DNA of 64,000 nt from Eledone cirrhosa (Eukaryota): NCBI GenBank assembly GCA_964016885.1, contig OZ024741.1, forward strand, positions 173,414,001 to 173,478,000, given 5' to 3'. Position numbers and translations under genes: made by a program. Below are positions 1-12,361 of the stretch, piece by piece. The notes under the pieces are model-generated. The model had not been told where the DNA came from. It worked only from the letters and a program-made list of their open reading frames with translations, and ran no database searches. Positions within the stretch are counted from its first letter, which is position 1. Each line of letters opens with the position of its first letter.

Positions 1-910
1 AGACCTTTATCTTATCATTCTCTAGCACTCTCATCTCATTTGTGATACCATGTTCATAGCTTTTTTCTGCACATGAAAATCCATTCTATTTACACAAGCT
101 CCAGTGCAACATGCTAACGACCTTATCATATCTGCCGTTTATTTTAATAATCATTCTGGGCTAACTGCTTACACTCTGAAACGATATGGGTTACCCATAT
201 CGTTTCAGGTAACAAGTTCTGCATTCAGCTTGAATATCTTTCTTGTCTATATTTCTCATTACCTACCTTGTTTTTATGTCTTGATCTAATATAAGTCCTT
301 CAATTTTTTCTTAATGTAGCCTTTCCAAGTATTTTTGTTATCACACATGTTTTTATGTCTTGATCTAATATAAGTCCTTCAATTTTTTCTTAATGTAGCC
401 TTTCCAAGTATTTTTGTTATCACACATGTTTCTTGTTTCCTTAATGAATGCTGAATCATCAAATGCTTTTTCCCTCTTCAGGAATCACAGTCTTTGTGTT
501 TTCTGCATCTCCATTTGTCTCAAATATGTCTCCCCTGATAACTGCCAATCTAAACTTTTCTTTCTTATTTTTTATGTAGAATCCCATACCACTTTCTTCT
601 ATTTTGACAGCATCCCATCCTGTACTATCAGTAATCCCCTATCTACCTCCTTTCTTTTCCCATGCAACCTGTCTACATCACCTTGTGGGTGCATATTTCG
701 ATAGATAGTGAGCATTTTCCTTGTTTTCCGATCAATTTCCTTCAACTCTACATTTATCTATTCTACTATACCTGCCCCATACCTAATTAATGAAACAGTT
801 CTGGTTTTTATCGCCTACACAGTATTTACACCATTCAAACTGGACTTGAGTGCTCATACCACTGGCTTACTCTTTTGCAGCTGTATTTTCCATATAACTG
901 CCAATGACTG
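1..910 (-). mobile_element. Decayed R4/Dong-like non-LTR retrotransposon, post-RT region
   Basis: Minus strand around 620-740 reads EIDRKTRKMLTIYRNMHPQGDVDRLHGKRKEVDRGL. This matches the 'DRKTRK...SDVDRLY...GGRGL' block of the R4-type ORFs at 2341-3336 and 22379-22720. No long open frame. Confidence 0.65.
270..431. repeat. Perfect 79-bp tandem duplication
   Basis: gtttttatgtcttgatctaatataagtcc...gttatcacacat starts at 270 and again at 349. Confidence 0.9.
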
Positions 911-984
911 ATTTTTGTATTCTTTGTGTCGGCTGGTGATATGTTACACAGTTTCTCCCTTTTCTCAACATATCCTACACTTTT

Positions 985-1838
985 CTGGGTCAAGTGAAGA
1001 CCAGGAGGAAGTACTTGGAAACTAGAATGTCTTCAAGCAATCATGGCCCTCAGCCACTCGGGTTGTACAATTGGTGGAAACTCCACCTTGGCATTCTATA
1101 GAGGGTTAGAGGCAGGTAAAAGTGATGATGTTCTTGGGGAGACTCTCTGCATTGATGAAATTCAACTAACCACTCTTTTTTAGAGGAAGTTTGGTTCAGA
1201 GCCCATGGATAACTTCCAGAAATCTCTAGCCTGACAGTGTCACCAGGGAGCATTGCCAGTTGGAAATAAACTCTGTAGGCTTGGAAGTGCACTCAGCCGA
1301 GCCTGTCCGAGATGCATGCAGGACAATGAAGCCATACTGCATGCACTCATTGCGTGTCCGAGTATTGCTGACTTGTGGATTTATGTTGAACACCTGCTGT
1401 CACATGTAGGGTGAATCTGGTTATCAGATGAGCCCTTTGTGGAGATCACCCCACTGCCTTCAATTTAGCTGGGAAGGACAGGCAGTTTTTATCTGCCTAG
1501 TGGCCATAGCAATAGAGGTCAAACTTTTGAAAGTGTTGAAAACAAGCACTTTCCTCTTCGATGAAGCCCTGATTAACTTTTTCAGGTTTCAGTTAAAGAG
1601 GAAAATCCAGGTGGAGAGGGAAGTGCTGCCTTCCAACCAGTTTGTTGAAAGGTAGGTGGGAGTGGTGAGCATTGCCTGAGTAAATGGGCCTACTTTGTTT
1701 TGTTTGAATTTTGACATGGGCTTTAAGCATTTATTATTATTAAGTTTTTACACACAGAAACCAACACTCTATTGTCCTTTGCCATCTTTAATGTTTTCTT
1801 AATGTCAGCCCTGTGTGGCTAATAAAGAAATATCATTA
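985..1838 (+). mobile_element. Tx1/L1-clade LINE 3' fragment (zf-RVT region and 3' UTR)
   Basis: Encodes DNEAILHALIACPSIADLW and FFRFQLKRKIQVEREVL, homologous to the copies at 41246-43610. Ends gtcagccctgtgtggctaataaagaaat, the same terminus as those copies. Confidence 0.75.
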
Positions 1839-2030
1839 GGGGAATTGGCAGTATCGGTAGAGGGTCAGACGCCATGCTTTGCAGCATAGAGTTACGGCTC
1901 CTTGCTGTCTGAGTTCAAATCCTGCTGAGGTTAACTTTGCCTTTCATCCTTACGGGGTTGATAAAATAAAGTACCAGTAATGCACTGGGATAATTACTGG
2001 CCTTGTGCCAAAAGTAGAAACAATTATTAA
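1839..2030 (+). mobile_element. tRNA-derived SINE, family A (Nin/Deu-like core)
   Basis: A-box-like tggcagtatcggtag, B-box gagttcaaatcc, core actttgcctttcatccttacggggttgataaaataaagtaccagt, tail ggccttgtgcc...agaaacaattat. More than 20 full or partial copies in the window. Confidence 0.9.
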
Positions 2031-2099
2031 CTATTATTGTCGTTGTTGTTGTTTTGTTTTTGTTGTTGTTATTTATGCATGCCTCTCATTATTTTTAGT

Positions 2100-2215
2100 T
2101 TTATAAATCCCGCCGCAGTTAACTTTGCCTTTCATCCTTACGGGGTCGATAAAATAAAGTACCAGTAATACACTGGGTATTTGCTGGCCTTGTGCCTAAC
2201 GTAGAAATAATTATT
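2100..2215 (+). mobile_element. SINE family A, 5'-truncated
   Basis: Same core and tail as 1839-2030. Confidence 0.85.
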
Positions 2216-2354
2216 TTTAGTTTTATTACATAATTTTCTTTTGCAGAAATAAATACTATTATTATAAAAAATGTTGAAGAATTTATTTTTATAACAGGCA
2301 AAATTGGCAAAAAAATACTAAAGTGTTCTTATAGGAAGAATTGCATGTATTCCT

Positions 2355-2403
2355 GTACATACATACATACATACATACATACATACATACATACATACAT
2401 ACA

Positions 2404-2430
<27 letters not shown>
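2355..2430. repeat. (TACA)n microsatellite
   Basis: About 19 perfect units directly upstream of the R4-like element. Confidence 0.95.
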
Positions 2431-2434
<4 letters not shown>

Positions 2435-4262
2435 TATTCATCTTGTCATTAAACCCCTTGTCCTTTCTGCTCAAGAAATGTGAGGGATACATCATTGGCT
2501 CACAGAAGGACAGAAATACGAACCTAACCCATAATTTCTTTGTGGATGATCTGAAACTTTATGCCAAGAACATGGATGGGATGAAGAAAAATCTTGACCT
2601 GGTTACAAGGTTCTCAAAGGATATAGGAATGGAGTTTGGCCAAGATAAATACTCATACATGACTGTAAAGCGGGGAAAAACAACAACCCAATCTAGCAAC
2701 ATTGTCGTCAATGGCCTAACTGTTTCACCGATATCTGATGAGGACTGCTACAGATACCTGGGGATAGATGAGAACATATCCTATAATGGTATCTGTAATA
2801 AAGAAGGCGTAACCAGGGAATACTACACCCGATTAAGAAAGATCTGGTCATCGGAAATCTCTGTGCAAAATAAAACAGTGGATCACAATGAGTTTGCTGT
2901 GCCTGTCCTAACACCAACGTTTGGAATACTCAATTGGACGATAGACGAAATCCGAGCAGTTGATGTTGGAACTCGAAAAATACTGAACAACACCGGAAAC
3001 TTCCACATCAACAGTGACATAGACCGCCTTTACTTGAAACATAAGCAGGGAGGCAGAGGCCTAACATCAGTCCAGACAACATTTGAATGTCACATCATAT
3101 CTCTCCGACAACATCTACGAACCTCGAAGCGTAAAAGCCCGTTTCTCGAGCAAGTCTATCTACATGTAACAGATAAGATCATGAGAGATATTCCCTGTGT
3201 GATAATCAAAAACTCACACCCAGGGATGTCACTCAGCAGTATCGCAGTGAATCCATGGATGAAAAACTGCATGCCTATCAGCAAAAAATCATGCATGGAT
3301 ATGTTACCAGGAAGCTCCAGAGTGAGGGTAATATAGATAAGGAAAGTAGTCTATCTTGGACCAACAACCGCTATATTGGCTCCCACTTTGAAGGATACGC
3401 TTTTGCAATCCAGGAACAGGAGATTAGCACAAAATACCTGATTCACAAAAGAGATAGGGAGCAGGCAAAACACCTAGATGTGATAACAAGTGCAGACTCT
3501 GCAGAACTAACATCGAGGATATCACCCATGTCATCAGCAGCTGTCCAAAGATGTCATTGCGGTACTATCTACCTATGAGGTATGATGTAGTGGCCAAAAC
3601 ACTGTACAACGCAGTTCGTGAAAAAGATAGCCCCGATAATAAACACATTAAAAGCTACAACAATGTGGAAGACATCCATGTACATAATATGAAAGAGTAC
3701 TGGTGGAATGTTCCAGTAAAAACCCCAATAAGATGCAGGCATAACAGACCAGATATTATGATATGGGACAGGGAGAAGAAGGCATGCACAGTAGTGGAAA
3801 GTAGCTGCCCAGCAGATACCAATATAATATCAAAGATTAGTGAAAAGGAGAATATTTATGCAGAACTGATGAGAAATCTGCAGATACTCCACCCTGATTA
3901 CACCTTCAGATTTATGCCTGTGATTATTGGGGCACTGGGATATGTTAGTAACTGCCTCAATACAAATCTTGAGAAGCTGGGCTTGACAGAAACAGAATGA
4001 ACATGATTAGTTAGGAAATTACAAGTACAATCCATTAATGAAACAGTAAAAATATGTAAAACGTTCCAAAAATTCTGCATGTACACATGTACAGATACAA
4101 AGCATATGCACATGCACACATAATACTCAAAACATCCACATCCACACATACAATAACATCCATACCTGCACACACATGCATGCAGACATGCAGACATATC
4201 TACCTAGTTGATATTGTTTAAATTCCAATGAGAGTCTTCTGTCTATGTTAGAAACCAGAAGA
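2431..4262 (+). mobile_element. 5'-truncated R4/Dong-like non-LTR retrotransposon (RT, CCHC finger, restriction-like endonuclease), frameshifted
   Basis: RT motif [12 protein letters not shown], then YRYLG and SDIDRLYLKHKQGGRGL. A C-x2-C...H-x4-C finger lies across 3490-3545. RYDVV and the RLE motif NRPDIMIWDREKKACTVVESSCPAD...EKENIY follow. Split over ORFs 2341-3336, 3255-3578 and 3551-4000; the 3' UTR runs into (TACA)n. Confidence 0.9.
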
Positions 4263-4407
4263 ACATACATACATGCATGCATACATATATACATACATAC
4301 ATACATATATTCATACATACATTCATACATACATGCATACATACATACATACATACATACATACATACATACATACATACATACATACATACATACATAC
4401 ATACACA

Positions 4408-4757
4408 ACTAGTTAGGAAATTACAAGTACAATCCATTAATGGAACAGTAAATTACAAGTACAATCCATTAATGGAACAGTAAAAATATGTAAAACATTC
4501 CAAAAATGTTGCATCTAATAACTGCATATACACATGTACAGATACAAAGCATATACACATGCACACATACAACTCAAAACATACACATCCACACATACAA
4601 TAACATCCATATCTACACATGCATGCATACAAAATCTACCTAGTTGATGTTGTGTAAATTCCAATGAGAGAGTCTTGTGTCTATGTTAGAAACCGACTCT
4701 CTCTCTACTGGTAAAAATTTGTGAAATTATAAAACCAGAACAACATACATACATACA

Positions 4758-4790
<33 letters not shown>
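4408..4790 (+). mobile_element. Second short 3'-end copy of the same R4/Dong-like family, with a (TACA)n tail
   Basis: tagttaggaaattacaagtacaatccattaatg...ctatgttagaaacc repeats 4008-4257 with substitutions and indels. Flanked by (TACA)n at ~4264-4405 and ~4745-4786. Confidence 0.85.
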
Positions 4791-4795
4791 GCATG

Positions 4796-5215
4796 ACCAG
4801 AGAGGAAAATTCCTGTCCTCAATCCTTTCAGATGAGACCACCACACAACTTCCTTTGCCATAGCTACCAGACAGAGAAAGATTTGCTGCACCTCCCTTCT
4901 AAAACAACGGTGCGATTCAATTTTCACTATAGATCTGGTTTATAGAGGGGATTGTCTTACATGTAATCACAGTTGTTCAACAAATGCCAACAGCTCTGCA
5001 ATACAGAGGCACTGGGCAATAGCATGCAGGGCAGTTTTGTCACCCTACAGGCATCTCAGACAGGTTTAGCTGCTGGCACTTCCATGCCTTTTGAGCTTCT
5101 TTTAAACTGATAGTACTCCTCTGTAGCACAGCCATACCAAGGACAGTTGGAAATTGTTCATAATCCCTAACCAAGCTTACAACATATGGTCACCTGGTTG
5201 GTCAAGCCTCAGGAC
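4796..5215 (-). mobile_element. Tx1-like LINE fragment (zf-RVT region)
   Basis: Minus ORF 4727-4927 reads FRREVQQIFLCLVAMAKEVVWWSHLKGL, matching FSREGQAVSICLEAMAKEIVW at 41707-41982. Confidence 0.7.
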
Positions 5216-5519
5216 ATGACAGTCCATCTAACTCATGCAAGCAAAATAGATGTTAAATGATGATGAAAATGATGATGATGATGATGATGATGATGATTAT
5301 GTTGATGATAACAATAATACAATTATTTTCTATGGATACATTCAGTATCTCAATAGGAGTATATGAAAACTGTAATATACTAAAATATATAGAGGGAAAG
5401 GAAAATACCAAAATATAAGCAAAATAGTACTGGCGTTTGAAGCTAGATTAGAAAATATCAAATAAATGAATAATTTAAGCTAACATCGAAGCTATCTTAG
5501 TTTTCTTTAGATTATAATT

Positions 5520-5682
5520 CCAAAAAGCACCCAGCACACACTGTCAACGTGGTTGGCGATAGGAAGGGTATCCAGCCGTAGAAAACCAGCCAGAAACTCT
5601 CATATATGAGCGAGACACTAACTTGCCTCTAAATGGGATAAACCTGTCTAACCCATGTTAGTGTAGAAGATAGATGTTAATC

Positions 5683-5713
<31 letters not shown>

Positions 5714-5770
5714 CCATGCAAGCGTGGAAAAAGTGGACATAAAACAATGATAATGATGATGATGATGATG
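5520..5770 (+). mobile_element. RTE-LINE 3' UTR/tail fragments
   Basis: gtggttggcgataggaagggtatccagccgtagaaaacc...aacccatg...(GAT)n, the same tail as the RTE copy ending at ~36768. Confidence 0.75.
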
Positions 5771-6546
5771 CTTTATAGGAATATTAAGGAGTAACAGTGG
5801 ACATTAGTTGGTTTCAGTAATGAGTGTTCCAGCAGTTCACTCAATTTTTAAATTTATGAGTAAGTGATTGAGCATTTTACAGAATTATGTACTCATAATG
5901 TAATTAATTCTCATGGAGATTTAGCATGATATGGTGTGTGACAAAACTGGCTCTATGAATTAACAAGTACAGTCCAACTGAGAGGCATCCAAACAGTTTC
6001 TATCTATCCAAGGTTAGTGTGAATCTGAAGGTTTCATAGAAGAGACTTGCCCAAAATGCAATGAAGTTGGAACAAATTTGGAACTTCATGATTGTGAATG
6101 GAACCTATTAAACATTTGGTTACATTGTGTTCATATCTACAACAGTACTTGACTGGAGAGAACCTATTAAACATTTTGTTATATATCTGGATATATCTGT
6201 CTATATCTGGATTAGTACTTGATTGAAATTTGATTTATCAAGCCAGAAACACGCCAAGAAAACATGAAACATTTTGTCCAACAATCTATCGAATTTGTTA
6301 TTCACTACCTACCACCAAATCAAACATGACTAAAATTAACAGCTGGTTCAACCTGCTAAAATTAACAGCCAGCTCTCCCTCAAATCACACACAACATAAA
6401 AGGAGGGATGGCCATGGCTGGAATTGCTGTGATTATAGCTCTGCTCCATCAAGGCTAACCACAGCTCTAACAATAGCATAATAATTGTTTCTACTTTAGG
6501 CACAAGGCCAGCAAATTACCCAGTGCATTAATAATAAATAGAAATA

Positions 6547-6735
6547 GGGCGGTGAATTGGCAGTATTGGTAGAGGGTTGGACGCCATGTTTTCTAGCATA
6601 GTTACGTCCCTTTACAGTCTGATTTCAAATCCCGCCGAGGTTAACTTTGCCTTTCATCCTTACGGGGTCGATAAAATAAAGTACCAGTAATGTACTGGGT
6701 AATTGCTGGCCTTGTGCCTAAACTAGAAACAATTA
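6547..6735 (+). mobile_element. SINE family A, full length, with target-site duplication
   Basis: Starts gggcggtgaattggcag. Flanked by the direct repeat ataataaatagaaata. Confidence 0.9.
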
Positions 6736-6759
6736 ATAATAAATAGAAATATTTCAGTG

Positions 6760-7050
6760 AAGGCATGTGGTTTATTGGTTTAACTGTTTGACTCATGATT
6801 GTAAGAAGAGTGTGAGTTTTATTTCTGGAAACGTGTTCTTGAGCAAGACACTTGATTATATGCTGCTCCTGTCCGCTCAGCTACAAAAGTGAGGTGTACC
6901 TGTAATTAAAAGGGATAGATTTTTCATACACTGTATCATGCTGAATCTCCCTTAGAAAAACGTTAAAAGTACACGTGTCTGTGGAATGCTCGGCCACTAG
7001 CACGTTAATTTCATGAGCAGGCTATTCTGATATTCAAACAATTGGGACAC
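6760..7050 (+). mobile_element. Other tRNA-derived SINE family (gtgttcttgagcaagacact core), diverged
   Basis: tRNA-like head ggcatgtggtttattggtt and core shared with 15185-15465, 52030-52360 and 56985-57270. Confidence 0.65.
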
Positions 7051-9007
7051 ACTCATCATGGAAATCCAGCTCCCAACTCATAAATGAAAACATTTATTCT
7101 ACAGGTATGAATATAATAATAAAAGTTCCTTAATTATATTCATGAAAACCTTTGAGACAAACAGTACAAGATATTTTATGCACTAGACAACATTAATAAA
7201 AGATAATATGGATACAGTTTAGATTTGTGTTGGTCACCATTTACATTCAGTTCAGAAGTCTATTTGCGTTTGTTCATCTTTTCTTGAAATAGATGTTTAA
7301 TCCCCACAGAATAATTTTCTCTTGAATCTCTTAACTGGTTTTCTAAGTTAAAATGGGGAAAAATGTCAAGCCAGCATATTGAGTAATTTGATCATCTGCC
7401 AGAAGAACCATTGTTGGCAGCAAATCACAAGGGATTAGTGTTAAAGTAACTTCTCATTTAAAAGGGATTAATAACACACTGACTTTTGATTGATAACATT
7501 TAAACCTTACAAATTATCAAAGTACTGAGAGTGTATGGAATTTGAATATATGAGAGTCCCAAACGCAAAAACTAACTGTAATAACAGTCAATCACTATAG
7601 TTATTAGTTGCAAAAGTTGGGTAATTACCCTTAGGACCTCTGTCCATTTTTTTCCACCTCTAAGAGTGATTTACCCAATTCCCCCAACTATTATTTATAA
7701 TGATTGATTGTTATTACAGTTATTTTCTGTATTTGGGATTCTCACATTTTCATATTTTAATTCTACTTAGTTATAATGATAGAAGTGAAGGTGTGTATAC
7801 TAGTGGTTAGGATGTTGGACTCATAAACATAAGGTTGTGGTTTCAATTCCCGGACGCACCTGAAAACAATGAGTATCAGCAGCAGCTATTGGAAGTTAAC
7901 TCTGCAATCAACTAGCATCCTATCCAGGGGCAGTCCTTTACTCTCAGTTGAAACCAGGATAAGCAGTGGCTCTGATGAGCCCCAGGGCTTAGAACGACCT
8001 TAAAGTAAATAATTGTTTCTACTTTAGGCACAAGGCCAGCAATTACCCAGTGCATTACTGGTACTTTATTTTATCGACCCCGTAAGGATGAAAGGCAAAG
8101 TCAACCTCGGCCGGGATTTGAACTCAGAAATAATGTTAGGGATATTGAATTCACATTCTTCTTCTTCTTCTTCTTCTTCTTCTTCTTCTTCTTCTTCTTT
8201 AAACTATTACTGTTCACTGCCATTCTTGTTCAAACTGACCTTGTAACATCCCTAGTTACCTCCATGTATTCTTGGATGTTATCTCTTTGTCCACCCTTCC
8301 TTCTCCCTCCCTCTCATGAAATCCACTCTGTAGTTCTTTCCATACATCTGTTCTCCTCTGTTCTTGCTAAGTGTCCTGCCCACCTCCCTCCACATAGTTT
8401 TTGCTATTTCCTGAACTCATATGCTAACTCCTGTCTTCCTTATTTCTTCACATCTAGTTTTATCTTTCAACAATGTGATATTAACATTTTTCTTTCCATG
8501 GCACCTCCATTAGTTTCAACAATGACTCTACCATTTGTTTGATCAACAGAACAGCCTGAATTAAGATATGTACCCATAATGTAATTCTCAGGCAGAACCA
8601 ACATAACACAATATGTGACAAGACCGGCTCCAGCTCTTTGAATTACAGGTACAGTCCATCTGACAGGCTTCTAAATAGTTTCTGTTAACCAAATTCCACT
8701 CACAAGACTTAGGTCAACCTAAGTCTATGATGCATCCTTCAAAACTTCCATGCTTCCCGAAATTCGCCAACACTACACCTGATATTCCCTTTCCATACAC
8801 ACCCATGCATGTATCTGTGTGTATATCATGACACATACACTGTTCACTTTCCTGATATTTGTACATTATTCTGTAGTACACCTGAGTACTGTACACAATA
8901 ATTTTCATTATTATAAATGGATGGCAGGCAAAGTAGATAGTTGGATTTGAACTCAGAATGCAATGACCACAAACAAATACCACATAGCATTCTGTCCAAT
9001 GCTTGCT

Positions 9008-9235
9008 ATAACCCTTTAACATTTACATTACTTGATATATACTATGGTATTTTCACAGGAAAAGGCTTTATCTCACATAGTATCTCACATAATATCGAAT
9101 CTATGAGATTTTCATATTATTTATTTTGAGAACTATACCTTAACATCTGTATGAGTGGCCAGTAAAACCAGTTTGAACAGAAATAAGTGGGAGAATTCTG
9201 GCCGGATACAGATGGTTTAAATGCGAAAGGGTTAA
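9008..9235 (+). mobile_element. piggyBac-type MITE (~220 bp)
   Basis: Ends (A)TAA-CCCTTTAACATT ... AATGCGAAAGGG-TTAA. Internal sequence shared with 10454-10878, 15147-15671 and 45153-45366. Confidence 0.75.
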
Positions 9236-9504
9236 ACAATTCTGTCAGTCCACTGCCCCTTGACTGGTACTTTATTTATCAACACTAAAAAAGTGAAAAA
9301 CAAATTTTTGGGGGGCAGGATTTGAGAGATGCAAAGAGCTGGAACAAGTATAAAAGCTTTTAATCCAATGCCAATTTACCACTTAAAGAATACACCAAAG
9401 ATAATAGGAACATAAACAAAGGCCGACACAAAGAGGATATAGAAGGTTATTTATAAGCAACAAATAGACAAGGAAGGATGGCTATAGAAAGTGTGACAAT
9501 AATG

Positions 9505-9712
9505 ATTTCTGATTAAGGCACAAGGCCAACAATTTGGAGGGAAGTCGATTACATCAACCCCAGTGCATTACTGGTACTTTATTTTATCAATCCCGTAAGA
9601 ATGAAAGTTAAAACTAACCTCAGTGGGATTTGAACTCAGAATGTAAAGAGACGTAACTCTATGCCATGAAGCATGGTGTCTGATGCTCTACTGATAATGC
9701 CAATCCGCCACC
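9505..9712 (-). mobile_element. SINE family A (longer tail variant)
   Basis: Reverse complement of head, B-box and core. Confidence 0.85.
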
Positions 9713-9746
9713 TTGAAAGTGTAACAATAATGGTTTCTTATATATA

Positions 9747-9961
9747 GGCACAAGGCCATCAATTTTGGGGGAGGGGAAAGTCAATTAAATCAACCCCAGT
9801 ACGTAACTGGTACTTTATTTTATCGACGACCGTAAGGATGAAAGGCAAAGTTAACCTCGGTGCCTTTCATCCTTACGGGGTCGATAAAATAAAGTACCAG
9901 TTACGTACTGGGGTTGATTTAATTGACTCTCCTCTCCCCCAAAATTGATGGCCTTGTGCCT
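9747..9961. repeat. Fold-back palindrome made of the SINE A 3' half
   Basis: Arms of ~100 bp (9747-9847 and 9861-9961) around a 13-nt spacer. Confidence 0.85.
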
Positions 9962-10453
9962 CAATAATAGCAGTGTGCTAGCATAGCCACAGCCAATGTG
10001 GTGGAAGAGGTAAGAGAGTAAAAAACAACACAAAGAACATACAAACAACAGTAACAAAGTCAATATGTTATGTTGTGAAGGGAGAAAAAGAGATTGTCAA
10101 AAGAGCTAAAAAGATGAGAGTAATTGAGGAACAAAATGTGTGTGTGAGTGTGTGTGTGTGAGTGTGTGTGTATGTGTGTGTGTGTGTGTGTGTATGTATG
10201 TGTGCGTGTATGTCTTTGTGTATGTGTGAGTGTGAGTGTGTGTGTGTGAGTGTGTGTGTATGTCTGTGTGCGTGTGTCTACATGTGTGTGTGTGTGTGTG
10301 TGTGTGAGTGAATGAGTGAGTGTGTGTGTGTGTGTGAGTGTGTGTATGTGTGCGTGTATGTCTGTGTGTGTGTATACGAAAATAATCAAGAATTTGGAGA
10401 AACTTTTAAAAGTAACTTTCTTATTATTAAACTGGAGTTTGGTATCAAAGGGG

Positions 10454-10878
10454 TTAACCCTTTAGCATTCAAACTGGCCGTATCCGGTCAGAATTCTCTA
10501 CCTCTTTCTGTTGAAACTGGCTGCAACTGGTCGCTCAAACTGATGTTAAGGTATTGTTCTCAAAATAAATATTTCCAAATCTCATAGATTCGATATTATG
10601 TGAGATAATTATGTGAGGTAAAGCCTTTACCATGAAAATATAATAGTATATATAGAGTAATTGTTTCTACTTTTGGCACAAGGCCAGCAAATTACCCAGT
10701 GTATTACTGGTACTTTATTTTATCGACCCCGTAAGGATGAAAGGCAAAGTTAACCTCGACGGGATTTGAACTCAAACTGTAAAGGGACGTAACTATGCTA
10801 GAAAGCATGGCGTCCAACCCTCTACTGATACTGCCAATTCACCGTATATATAGAGTAATGTGATTGCTAAAGGGTTAA
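10454..10878 (-). mobile_element. piggyBac-type MITE with a nested SINE A (~10657-10843)
   Basis: TTAA-CCCTTTAGCATT ... TTGCTAAAGGG-TTAA. The SINE is flanked by the repeat gtatatatagagtaat. Confidence 0.8.
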
Positions 10879-10981
10879 ACTAGACTTTGGTATCAAAGGG
10901 GTTAATCATTTTTTTCTCCAGCTCTTTAAATTTTCAAATTGATATAACTAAAATATCTTTCATAAACCAAATTGAAATTTA

Positions 10982-11129
10982 ATCATCATCATCATCATCA
11001 TCATCATCGATGTCGTCGTCGTTGTCATTGACATCATCATCATCATTGTCATCATCATCAACATCATCACCATCACCACCATCACCATCACCATCACCAT
11101 CATCATCATCATCATCATCATCGTCGTCG

Positions 11130-11170
<41 letters not shown>

Positions 11171-11390
11171 GTCATCATCATCATCATCATCATCATCATC
11201 GTCATCATCATCATCATCATCATCACCATCACCGTCGTCATCATCATCATCATCATCAGCATCATCATCACCGTCGTCATCATCATCATCATCATCATTA
11301 TCATGATCATCATCATCATCGTCGTCGTCCTCATTATCACCATCCTCACCATCATCATTATCATCATTATCGTCATTATCGTCATGATCA
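10982..11390. repeat. Compound (CAT)n/(CGT)n/(CAC)n trinucleotide tract, ~410 bp
   Basis: Read directly. It generates the spurious poly-M and poly-S ORFs. Confidence 0.95.
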
Positions 11391-11465
11391 TTTACACATC
11401 AACTTTTCCTTGCAGTCATGGGTTGGACAGAACTTTTTGAGGCAATGTTTTACAGCCAAATACCT

Positions 11466-11530
11466 TCCCTCGCGTTTCCATTGCCGTCCTCCGGGGAAGC
11501 GCCTTCTCCATTCTGTCCGCCGCCAGGGCT
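11466..11530 (+). mobile_element. Probable CRE-clade non-LTR retrotransposon C-terminal remnant
   Basis: GC-rich stretch reads RVSIAVLRGSAFSILSAAR, resembling the CRE C-terminal 'RLSIAIQRGNAxxIL' motif. Confidence 0.5.
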
Positions 11531-11966
11531 AGGGGGGGGGGGGCATCGCGTATCATTCCACTGAATCAAGGTTTTTTAAATTTATGTTTTGACTTGTCAC
11601 TCAATCCATTATAAATAGCAACCAAATACTAAATAAATAAATAAATAGCTAGATAGATAAAAGATCAACCAACTATAAATTCTAAGGAGTGTAGGAGTGT
11701 AGGAGTGTAGGGGGATTAGGCTAGCTAGAAAGCAGGCGAAAAAAGAATTCTAGAGGAATCTTCAGAAATGCATCATCATTACATCAACCCTTTTAATTGC
11801 TTCTTATGGCATGCAGGAATATAGTGTAAATAAAACAAACAATACAAACAAAACAAAAATAAAAAAATAACAACAATAGAGACTGATATACAAATTCCAA
11901 TCAATGAAAATATTTTAGGTTTAATTTAGATCTCACTGAATTATTCAGTGTATCAGGCAGTAAGGT

Positions 11967-12150
11967 CAGTACCAGATTTACCATTGTGCTAAGGTGTGCT
12001 TAAGCACAGGGCCCAGTTGGCCAGATGTGTGAGGGCGCGGGGGGGGGGGCATCTTCCTGCCCCAAAAATTGTTTACCTCCTTCAGGGTCCAAGTAAAGGA
12101 CCTCATAACTTAACTAGCACAGGGCCTCATTTGTCCTAAATCCGACACTG
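11967..12150. mobile_element. hAT-type MITE
   Basis: Imperfect terminal inverted repeats cagtaccagattta / taaatccgacactg. Near-identical 8-bp flanks agtaaggt / agtaagat. Confidence 0.75.
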
Positions 12151-12361
12151 AGTAAGATTCTGCCATTTCAAACAATTACTGTTGTTTTGTCCTTACTTTG
12201 CACTTGCTGTCCATCTTATTCAAGTTTTCCTGGAACATTTTGTTGCAGGCTTTCTTGGGGCTTCCTCCCATCCATTTACCCTTAAATGGGGTCAATAAAT
12301 TACCACCTTTGTATACACGGTGTCTGTGGCAGAACACCCCTTCTGATTAAGTAGGCATATC

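Noticed and set aside
1839-1935. tRNA genes suggested by A/B boxes
   Set aside because: They are SINE heads that continue into the SINE core and do not form a full cloverleaf.
7547-7750. Imperfect ~50-bp inverted repeats
   Set aside because: Probably an old MITE, but too diverged to classify and without a clear target-site duplication.
10960-11391. Poly-Met and poly-Ser ORFs
   Set aside because: These are read-through of a (CAT)n microsatellite.
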